Below are positions 27,301 to 38,555 of a DNA stretch of 64,000 bases, piece after piece. Positions within the stretch are counted from its first letter, which is position 1. Every line of letters starts with the position of its first letter. Location of the stretch: positions 1 to 64,000 of the forward strand of contig NC_088308.1 in NCBI RefSeq assembly GCF_910592395.1, given 5' to 3'. Position numbers and translations under genes: made by a program. Source of the stretch: Lineus longissimus (Eukaryota). Under the pieces are notes generated by a model. That model worked only from the letters and a program-made list of their open reading frames with translations. It ran no database searches and was not told the DNA's origin.

Positions 27301-30300
27301 ACTCTTTCTTCAGTCTAGCAAAGGTTGGCAAAGGCCTATCTGCGTTGAAAATTTGATGCAGTCTGATGTGGTGAAAGTGTGCTTCAACGAATCATGTACA
27401 TGTATATATTTCTGTTGCGTCTTTCCGTGGTTTGCGAAGCTGAAGAAGCCACCACGCCATTGACCGGCTAAACAGAAATGTCTTCAAGTTCGCAGTCTCA
27501 AAACATTACAGCACTATCATTTTTTCCCCCTCGTTACAGCCGAAACTAAATACAGTAGACCCGCTCTACTAAGGACACCTTCGGGACTGGCAAGTGCTGT
27601 CCTTAATAGAGAGGTGTCCTGATTAGAGAGGTCAAATTGAAACGAAACTACCAATTTGGGACCAAAACTAGTGTCCTTAATAGAGAGGTTGTCCTTAATA
27701 GAGGTGTCCGCTAAGAGAGGATTCACTGTATTACATTCATGTGACACTCCATGTTTCACAAACTCATCGTTACACGTACGATGTGAATACAAACGTTTCA
27801 CCTGGTCATCATTATTATCCGAAGCATGGGAAACCTAACATTTCACACAACGTTCATTACCATGTTGAGGCCAACGTTACACAGGGGTATCACCAAGATC
27901 AAGGGCGGAGGGATCCCAATGGTCATGTTTTCCATGAATCTGTCACGTTGGGTGTCAATTGAGACTGATGGCTGAATACTACATCTATAAACAAAGTAAG
28001 ACACCGAGGGCGGAATGCGGATTCATGAAACAATCACCCCAAGGGATACTGCCAAAGCGATAAGCAAAATTGTATCAATACTTCTGCTGAATTGTGGGAA
28101 ACTGAAAAGCGGTTTTATTGTTTTTATTGATAATGAAATCTTCTTAACTCTATTTTTCGCCATCTTTATATTCTAATCAAACCTTTACAGAATGTGGTTC
28201 AGTAAGATCGAACGGGATATCATTAATACATTGGTAAACCAAACAGAGGGAAGTCATTGATCTATTTCTCGATATCAATTATGCAGCCGCCTGTAATATC
28301 TTGACTTGTGATATGTTTTGATCAGACAAGAGTTACACTTCCACCAAGAGCGTGTATATTACAAAGGATTAGCTTTCTCAGATGGAAACTAACGGAATTT
28401 CAAAATGCCCTGCGTTCTGGTGAGGGTAAGTTAATGTATACGTAATTGATCCTGTTGGTACTTGTTTCCATCAGACCAGAAAAACGGTGACCAGCGGATT
28501 ACAGCATAATCCACCAGAATAGCACCATCCATTTGAGATTGACAACACGGAATACGAAGACATCGCAATCACTCGCGACTTTCATCAGAAGTAAGTACAA
28601 ACTCCCGCTATGACATTTTCTTTCATTTTTCTTTGCAGGTTTTCACGGGAAGTCCGGCGGAGGGGGAGCTCCAGCGAGGTGATGTTATCATCAAAATCAA
28701 TAATATTGATGTCAGCAGTTTGAACCATAAACAGGCACAGGATATAATCAAGACGCCTGCTGGACAATTAGTTTTAAATATACAACGGTAAGTGGGATGG
28801 ATTGACATGTAGGATGGATTACTGTAAACTAGATTCTGAACGAAACTCTATGGTAGATGATATATCAGGGTAGAAATTCACTCTCTGGTTAATCTTTATG
28901 GCTGAGTGAGTATGGTTTGTAATGACGATGTAGAAGCTTACATGAAGTATGCCATGATCCATCTATCAAATATGTGCTGATTATGATCACGGAGGGTACA
29001 TTAGAAGGGACTGTTTATTAGAAACATTGAGACATTTGTTGCGTTCTTTAGCCAATGGCAAAACGAATATTTGGCTCTTGACGAGCCACTATCAGAGCTT
29101 TAGGAGCCACCATTCGCCAACAGAACCAGGGCGTATAGTTGGTTGCTTCCACGTGGTAATGATGTATATCAAGATTTTTACCTGGGCCTGTTGGTGATGA
29201 TGTATAGTAACTGCTTGCAGAGGAATTTCAAGACGCCCACCAGACTTAGTGTATTTATGTAGTGAGCTGCATACCGCGGTTGAACAACCACCGACCGTAC
29301 ATCATGTACTATACTACACACGGTATCTTGATCACTCTTAGTATATGAGGCTTGACGGGAGCCAAGGAATTCAGGCAATGAAATAAGGTTCCCGCCTGCT
29401 AAACATAGACCAACTCGTCGAAGAATACGTAACTGTGAAAAAGTTTACAAGACCGGCTATACTAAAATGAATCTAGACAGTGACGTCATCTTTCTTGTTC
29501 CCCACCCTTTCAGCAGTCGCATTTCCCTAGGTGCTTGGTTGCCAAAGAAATCCATGGCAACCAAAAACAATGTGCTTCTTGTCATTGCCAAAACTGTGGC
29601 AATAATTAGGGCAGCAGTAGCAGTGGATAATGGCAGTGATGTTAGACGATAGCTTTGACAATCACTATACGCCATTGGCTATATGAAGCTCACAAGGCAA
29701 GAGAAAGCCCATAGTTCACGTACGGCAATGTCTGCTGGTGCCCGAGGCTGTTTTCTTGAAATGGTTGGTTGCCAAAGAAATCCATGGCAACCAAAAACAA
29801 TGTGCTTCTTGTCATTGCCAAAACTGTGGCAATAATTAGGGCAGCAGTAGCAGTGGATAATGGCAGTGATGTTAGACGATAGCTTTGACAATCACTATAC
29901 GCCATTGGCTATATGAAGCTCACAAGGCAAGAGAAAGCCCATAGTTCACGTACGGCAATGTCTGCTGGTGCCCGAGGCTGTTTTCTTGAAATGATCTCTC
30001 TCGAAAAAAAAAAATGCGATGCTAATTTTCTTTTTTTCTTATTGTAGAGGTCAGACTAGATTTTCTCCAGTGAAGAGCGTGCAACCAGTACAACAACCCT
30101 CCCAATTTCACCAACCAACACCTTCGGTACGTATCTCTCAAATGGTTTTCAAATTGCATTACTATATCTGTTTATAATGTTTTCAAATTCACTGACGTCA
30201 GGCGATACGATATTCTTCCTCAAACCTTGCACAGGCAAAAAAGATGCTTTAGTCACTTCAAATTCCTGGGTATAGAAAGCCATGATGTTAATCGAACTAT

Positions 30301-33300
30301 TATCCTCTTGATCTGTAGGGCTTTCGTTCAGTTCCATTTGAGGGCAGCAATCCTGCTCAGAAGTCCTCACTTCCAACGGGGGGCATGAGGCCTAGCACCA
30401 ATTTCGCAGTGGACTACACTGGGCGGGTAGGTTCCCCCACACGCCGACCAGAGCAAACCATGATCAACCGTGTGCACGACTCACTCAACGAGGCCATCTG
30501 GGCTCACCAGTCCGGTAATGACCCGGAGGATGATTATAACTATGGATCAGTAGCTGACAGGAAGAAAAACTTCAGCCAAGACACCCGTAAGTATCTCAGT
30601 TCCTTGTTAGATTTGTGCTTATTCCCCCTCTTGTTCTCTTCTTACATGTTTTACGATACAAAAGCATCTTGACAGTTCCTCGCCAGATAAAACATTTCTG
30701 CCCGCGCCCTTGCATTGGAAGAAGACTGAATGCAGTGAAGGTGGCTCTGAACAGTTTTGTGAACTTCAACCAGTGGCTGCTGCAAACACAAGCCATATCG
30801 GAGCTAATATAACGATAAGGAAGTTGAAAATGCAATTGATTCAAAGAAAATGCTTAATTAATGCATGTGGCTGTATCCCGCTTCGGGCCGTTTGTCTGTT
30901 CATCACAGCTTCATCGGGGGGGGAGGGGTCACCGAGGAGGAGGGGTGTCAGTGAGCTTCCTACTGGCAGTAGGGGTCAGAACTCCAACCCATCATGCACC
31001 ACGATCCTCTTATTACATCTGCCAGTCTTTGCAACAATGCTAGTCAGATCATGATACGTCATCATTGAATGCAGAGCTTAAACCTGATGCACTATTCATT
31101 AACACTGCAGCACTGCCTTTTCCCCTCGTTACAGCCGAAACTAAATATGACATACATGTGAAACCCAACGTTTCACAAGCTCATCGTTACGCTGTGAATA
31201 CAAACGTTTCGGCTGGTCAGCGTTTCGATCAAAAACATGGCAAACCTACCGTTTCACGCAATGTTCGTTACGATGTTGATGCGAACGTTTCACAGGGGCA
31301 TGGTCAAGATGAAGGGTGTAGGAAAGCCCACGTGTCACATGATCATCATCAAGATACTTACCAACCATTACATGTTAAAGCTATCGCTCATCGTTACGAT
31401 GAAGAACATTATGTCCCAGACGGGCAACTTTTCGACAACCAGTATGGCCCTTCTACGACCCTACACGAGGAGCCATACGATAGCCAATATGGCGCTCCTG
31501 CCGCTGCTCATGGTCAACAATACGAGCCCAAGCATCGGTACGATGTGGACCCTAGTTCTCAAGGTCACCACCAGGGTAGTCGGTACGATGACTATCCTGC
31601 TACGAATGATCGTTACGACCAAGCTGGCCACGAGTATCGTTACGAACAAGAACCTACTGACCGTCCTTACGATCAAGATCCAGATCGTTATGAACATGTC
31701 CCTGTGAAAAATATTGCTCATCGGTTCGATCAGGGCCAGGGTCAAGGTCGCGATCGTTATGATCAGGGTCAAGGTCATCGTTACGGACAAGGTCACGCCA
31801 AACATAACGTTTCGCATGAACATCGTTACGATGAAGGTCTTGTGAAATCAAGCGGTTCACATCATTATCGCTTCGACGACGACCAAGGTAGGACAACTCA
31901 AAATCCTATCAAACAATAGTAGAGAGAGATCCTTTGTTTTAGGAGTCTAATTTCGAATATTCGTAACAGTTATGCTGTCTAGCACGTGACAGGATATTTA
32001 GAAGAACGATGGCTCAACTGCAGAGCGCGCTCACTTTCGGGACTCTTTTAAGCAAACGTAACAAGCATGTTTACCGCCGATCGATCGCCATGTCACCCCC
32101 ATGCAGTAGCGTCGGGCTTTCTGTTCTTTGTGTAGTGGCCTAGCGTTTAGAGAGTAACCAGAAATTCTCCGTACGCATGTGCGTTAGTGATTTTAAGCGT
32201 TAAAAACGAAATCGCATTGGTCGAATTACAGAATCATTATACCTTTGACATACATGGAACTACCATGAGTCTGAACATGAAATCTAGTGATAGTAATCAA
32301 CAGCCACCAGGCAGAGCCACTAGTCAACTGACCAAACTCGACTACGCCTTCTGAAGTTGAGATGGAGGTTTCTGTGGACAAAGACATACAGGTGTATCAT
32401 TACTTACCGAGCACCTAACATTCTAACTCTGCCAAACACCTAAAGTCTCTTACCACATCTTGATGGTCAATTGGTTTTCAGCATAGGCACACGTGGATGC
32501 TCGACTATTTCAGTGGTTTCAGTGTTACCAATAGTCAAGCACTAGTCTACGCTTGAGATGAATCGTATCAAAATAGAAGCTTGAGAATCAGTTTGACCAT
32601 TTTCTGTGCTGTACTGGGGTAATAGTGTTTCTAAGCAAAAGCTTGAAGAAACGAATTTTAAGATCTCCCAGATGCTAAAACTGAACAATCAGATATTTTT
32701 CGGAACCTACATCAAGTCGACATTTGTTTAGTTGGCGCGATTTTCATCTTCACGCTAATCGACAGCTATCTTTTCTTTGCTGGTCCTTCGAACAGCCCAC
32801 GGACCTTATGAATATCACCCAGTCAAGGACAATGTGAAATTTTACCAAGGCCCCAAGAATAAATATGGTGAGCTATGTCAAATTTAACACATCTCCAGAT
32901 GCTGCCTGACTTCCCGGGCAAATTGTCAATGGTAAGATTCAGGCACCATGTGGATGATGTGACCATTAAATCCCACTTGGCAGTTACCTAGCACACGAGT
33001 CTGACTAACATCCTTTCCTCTGAAACTAACATCGTCGCTGGTATTAAAGGAGAAATGAGCTATAAAACCTAATTCTTAACATTATCATCATTGACTATGA
33101 ATAACACTAAACATATAGTGCCAAGGTTCGGAACGGATGGTTGGGTATTTTCACATTTTATCCAGGCCGTTAACAACACTTCCATACATCATAATGGTTC
33201 CAATCAGCTTTAGAAACGAATATCATCACTCAGAGCGATGTTTTTCCATCCTAGCTGTCACACGGATCATTTGTTGAGGGAGTATGTTATCTTACTATCA

Positions 33301-36300
33301 AGCAGTGTGCATTTTGTTCCTTGAATGACCTTTTCGCCATTCCTGCCCCGCCTGTTTACCTGCTGCCTCTCTGCTACACGCTATGCCTCCGCAGTCTTAC
33401 CGCAAACTCTTGCGAAAGTTGAATGCTAAAAGCCAGTTAAAAGCAACCGCCAATCTAGCTTCTTTGAACAGCAACTTTCGTGTAGAACGGTGGGAAAGGG
33501 TTCAAGGTACACACTGACCATTATACACTCAAAAACGTACAGCACTACGATCATGAAGGTAGTTACCACTAGAGTTGTGTGGATCTTCCGAAAAGCAGGT
33601 GATGTTTTTACGCAATGGGTGTGCAAGGGACATGTGCAATGAAGGAGTTAGGAGATTTTCAGAAGTTAACATTTCAGTTAGTTAGACTAAGTTGTAGATT
33701 TCTTTGTGTGCTTAGGGTGTATTTCTGTGTTAGGTGACTGATTATTTTTCGTTTATCATCAATCGATGTGCTATATACTTAGCTTGGACCTAAACTTTGC
33801 TATGTGTATTTCAAACAATCTATAACGCAGCGTTTTATCCCCATTTCTTACTATCGTCTCTGCACTCTACACTTGCATGTATAGAGTGGCTATTAGCAAT
33901 CAAACCAATTTGGAAATATCATCTGTTTTCATATTGCAAAAATCTCCAACGCGATTTTGAGAAATTGTGATTACGCATTAAGGAAATGAAAACAAGAATG
34001 TCAGACAACACCTTTCGCTATTGAAAGCAACACACCATAAGAGCTGCTTCATCGTTTCTTGCTCATTCTTCCGGCGAGTTAGACTTTGCGTTGAGAACGG
34101 TTCGTCTTTGTTCAATTCTATTTATGTTTTCTTCTGTTTGTAGGAGCCCCCGTTGTCCACTCTCCAGGAAGACCGAGCAAAACAGGAAAAGGATGGCGCC
34201 CTCCCCCGCAACTCACTAAAGAAAAACCCGTGGAATTCGGCTGGAGTCCTTCAAAGCGCATCCAGCCCGGTTACGTGCCTGGACCTCCCACCAACGAGAG
34301 GGCGTACTCACCACCGAGGCCCGCTCCAGCACCAGCGAGGCCCCGTTTCGTATCTACACATCACACTTCTGGTGATGGGTCTGGCCCAGCCTGGAAGGGC
34401 ACGCTCCATGGCGCAGGCCAAGACCCCGCACCACCTCTACAGGCACCTGCGTCAAGGTCCGTGCAATTCTCTCCCCACAAACCATCCTCCTTGCCGCATC
34501 AAAAACCCAACTACCACCCTGGGCCACCGCAGCAACACCACCAGCCGCACGTGAACCAGCCCCAGCCCCAGCATGATGGGCCTAAGGTGGTTCACCTTCA
34601 GTACAACTCCCCCATTGGCTTGTACTCCAAGCAGAACGTTGATGAGACCTATACCGGACAAACCCAGGCTCTGCAACAGTCTGGCATGTAAGTATACACC
34701 GCTGTATGCTCCACGATTACAAAGTCCACTGAGTATTGTCGAAACAACTGAGAAACGATAACACCAACCGGAACTCTATGTTATGAATGAATCAAACACC
34801 AACTAGAAAATTGTAAATGACGTTTTAGAGAACTGCGTCGTTCTCGTATGTGTTTGTGTAAAAGACTCTGGTCCACACAACTCATGATAAAGCAGTAACC
34901 ATATGTCACATGTCCCATCTTCACTGCTCGTAACCAACAACCATAAGCAATGCAATCGCCTTGTTGTTGTGACTCGACTAGGATTCGAACCTACGATCAG
35001 CCAATCGGGCTACAATTCCAACAAAAGCGTCACCACCACTTATTCATATACTTTTAGTTCAGCTCAAATAAGTACATCTCTTAAAGTAGTCTGGTAGTAT
35101 GATGTCTTAGAGTGATTTGCCTCTGCTCACCCATTTCCGAAAGCAGAATTTGATAGGAACCCGAAAAATACCCTTCTGACTGGCTGGTTTCAAACGAGCC
35201 TACCGGGGATGCAGAATCTGGCACTTTTCATTGGATAATCTCAGAATCTACCGGAATTAAATCTAAATTTTGCGTTTGGAAATCCCTGAATTAGAAGGTC
35301 AGTAGAAACAGAATTTTGATTGTTTTATTGCTTGAATCCCGCTTTGGTTATTGCTTTAGCCGAACCTTTCAAACCAATCACAATACTTAGTGGAAGTCGG
35401 GTTTATTTTCTGCTTTTCTTTATTTTGGTTTCATCAATATTAGGGCATATTCAAACGTTCACTGCAGGTAAGTATGTTCATCCCCCGAATGGAAAGCTTA
35501 GCGTTAAGATCATTTGATTTGTTTCCCAAAGTCCATGTTTGCATGTTGTGCCCCGGATGCTGTGCCATTTCCCTGCAACATATACTCTTGCTGCAAGTTT
35601 GTTTATCAAAGTTTTGCTCCTCCAAAACATTTTGTGAACAAAAGATTGACAACTGCCTGCACCTGGGCGTCGTGTGATGTCGGGCGTTGAGCGAAGGTGA
35701 CTGGCTTCTGTTACTTCCAGCTTTTCCCTCTGGCAGCGGTGGAGACCGGACCCAGACCCGAAATCCCTTCCGAATAGCATCATATACCGTCACAGTAAAA
35801 CAGCACTGAAAACTTTGTAGGAAATACCTCATGACGTTGTTCGAAACGTGTCATAGGTTAGCATTATTGATTTGGATGTATTGAGTGTCTGCTATGAGAC
35901 AATCATGTTTGCAAATACTGTACGTATTAGACGTGGTAGTTTTAGACATGTAACCGTTTTTACCTTGTATTTGCTGGTTGGTGTGGTTTGACTATATTAG
36001 TTGTCATGTATTTTATTTGCATTATTACGTACATGTAGTCTTCTTTTTATTTTCTTCACAACTTTCTCGTTCCTTCTTTCCTTCAACGCTTTATTGGCGA
36101 TGTAAAGTGTTGATCCGACATCTTGGCTGAGTTAGGCTTTTACAGTTTATTCTTTCGAATCAGCTTATGAATATATCTCCACCATCTTCTGCCTTACAGC
36201 GGTGGTGGGGATGGCAAAGACATGGATTACACCAAATCGTACGCCTGGCAGATGATCAAGCAAGAGTCTGGCGCGGCACCTGGTGGAGGTACTTCGCACT

Positions 36301-36389
36301 CTCAATCGACAACTGAGACGGCCTACCATGAAAAGCAGTCGAGGTCTTTCAAGGCGCTGGAGGATTCCGTGGGAGCATCTGATTTCTAA
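21397..36389 (+). CDS. PDZ + Zasp-like-motif (ZM) protein, Zasp66-like architecture, no LIM domains, ~729 aa, paralogue B
   Basis: Exons: 21397-21507 (MAGSSF...[21 protein letters not shown]), 28639-28787 ([21 protein letters not shown]...HKQAQDII), 30048-30126, 30319-30586, 31135-31887, 32796-32867, 34144-34687 ([15 protein letters not shown] = ZM motif), optional 35444-35467, 36200-36389 ([21 protein letters not shown]-terminal GASDF*). Phases consistent, total 2190 nt. Confidence 0.9.
24040..25230 (+). mobile_element. Degenerate RTE-clade LINE (APE endonuclease + RT fragments), internally deleted
   Basis: Fragments [20 protein letters not shown] (endonuclease), [10 protein letters not shown] and FVYL...EVKTRIAKA (RT) lie in shifting frames. 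Confidence 0.85.
27500..27962 (+). pseudogene. Displaced partial duplicate of the His/Tyr-rich exon (31135...) of paralogue B, including its acceptor
   Basis: TCCCC(C)TCGTTACAG|CCGAAACTAAATA is shared with ~31121-31146. After MITE removal it reads [27 protein letters not shown]...KHGKP, versus [25 protein letters not shown]...KHGKP in the real exon. Confidence 0.85.
27553..27728. mobile_element. Tc1/mariner-pogo-type MITE
   Basis: TA|CAGTAGACCCGCTCT...AGAGAGGATTCACTG|TA, with a TA target duplication and internal GTCCTTAATAGAGAGG repeats. Confidence 0.9.
29537..29993. repeat. Near-identical ~230-bp tandem duplication
   Basis: GGTTGCCAAAGAAATCCATGGCAACC...TTTTCTTGAAATG occurs twice back to back, just upstream of exon 3. 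Confidence 0.9.
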
Positions 36390-37524
36390 TTGAAATGACA
36401 CCATGACACATAGGGACATTTCCAAAAGCATTTCCCAACATAACTGGACTCTGAATGTATTCATGATTGGATTTCATACAAATATTCAATTCTGAACAAA
36501 TCACGCTTGGCCCATGATGAGACAGCCAGAAGATGACAACCATAGTCTTGAGCCAGGTGCAGACTCCATCCAGAATACCAAACATAGGTCAAGACGCATG
36601 CGCATTTGTTGTTGCTCTGTTTGACTTCCGGTAGGATGTTGCTATGACGAACTACGACAAATATAATGATTGGTATTTTGAATCTGAGGAAATGACGATG
36701 GTCAATAGATGGCGCATCATATGGCGTTGTACATACACAATAGAACATGAAAGGGAATGTAGGTAGTTAGAACTATTTATTAAAGAAAGATACATGTTAA
36801 CGTTGTTAAGATATTTTGTCCGGCCATCTTACGGTCAATTTTTCGAACTTTAACGCAAGATGGCCACATCAGCTGATGGGCTAGAGTTAACCATTTATAA
36901 TTATTGTAACATAGACACGATGTATTAAACTTTCATTGCCTTATATGTGTGGCTGATTAAGTCTATTCAATGGGATGGTGCTATATACATCATAAATATA
37001 AACCAAACTAACTGCCGACATCGAACAACACCAAGAAGTTTCGATGCAGCAATGTTTCTAATTTTTGCTTGACGTACGTACGCAAGGCATGATGTCCAGG
37101 CCATGTTCCAAACCCTTTTGTTTTCGTCGCCATATCGGTACGAGATATGAAACCCTCGGGTTGACTGACTACGTGTTATTTGTTTATTTATTTCTGTTTA
37201 TTCTCTAACTTATTCATAGCAGTAACTTCACCACGAACGCTGAATCCTAGGGACTGGAACATAGCTGTGTAGTTGATGAAATAAAATGAAACAAAAATCC
37301 CCAAACAAACGCCTTGACTATCTTTATTGACGTGTTGCTCTGGTCTGAGTTGTTGAAAATAGATATCTCACAAAGAATATATCGGCAGTTTAAAAATCAA
37401 CTCTAGGAAACGCCAAGACCGTGCAAAGTTAGTAACGTGGTAACATGTATGTTAAAGGACGGCGTTTGAAACCAGGCCAAACCTAACCCAGGTTGAAAGA
37501 CAAAAGTCCACAATTGGTACACCC

Positions 37525-37720
37525 ATCAAGGAGGTGAAACGCGCATATTCAAAGCTGCGGCAGCATGACCTATTATGGCGCGACTGAAACTTGAATAGTC
37601 CTAACGAGTGAGATCCTTGGAGGTCTCACTGTTCTTCTAATCGGCTCCAATCATGAACACAGAGATTGAGAAGCGGGTCAACAGATTTGAGATGAGCTGC
37701 TAGAAACAGGAGACCAGCGG
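37525..37720 (+). mobile_element. RTE-like RT C-terminal remnant
   Basis: KEVKR... and TEIEKRVNRFEMSC resemble the RTE 'ERRIxAFEMxCYR' region. Confidence 0.45.
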
Positions 37721-38555
37721 CACCCAACTTTCACTCTAGTAAATGTCCCATTCCACGAACATCCATTTGTCCTCCGACCAGATCGTCCAAACAGTTCAGT
37801 GTGTTGTACTGTATTGGATATCGCGTACGAAGAGTGTCATCTTGCAGGGCACAGAAGAGGGTAGCCGACGACGCGGCGGACCAAAAGAAAGTCCAGTGGC
37901 CTGATCCGCCTTACTAAGGCCAATAGAACCGGGTGTCGCCTCAGAGTCGGATATGCGAGGTGTCGCCACATTGCTGCGTGACACGGTGTAAATGGGTGAT
38001 AATCATGCTGGAATGTCGATGAACAATACAACGAGCTACCCTTCATGAGGTCGTAACATGTCCACCGTTGTGACAACGCCTCTTTGGTATACAAAATGTA
38101 CATGCATATTGTTGATGGTTACGACAAGTTCTGTTAATGAGTTTGCTGGCTGTCACAGAGTAATATCAATTCCGTCCTATTTTATTGATAGGCCAATGGT
38201 CAATAATTGTAACAATTATCATACTTCGGTCGTTACAATGGCATTTAACTAACTGCACCACGTTAATGCTGATATCGATATAACCGGGTTTTGGTTTTGG
38301 AGCATGTGAGCAAAGGCATTAATATCACAACTCACGTGAGGTTTTAAGTTCTGTATGGTTTACCAGTGGGAGACGTTTTAGAAACTCCGCCGGGACAATG
38401 TTGAGTAACCTTGTCAAAACAGGGAAAGCTCACAGATTAGGAGGTCAATATCAATGGGGTCAAAGCGTATAGGTCAGTCACGTTTTGACATTTAACCCCA
38501 AACGCAAATGAGATAGTGTGTTGACCACGTCGAATACTTGGCAAATAGCGGCAAG

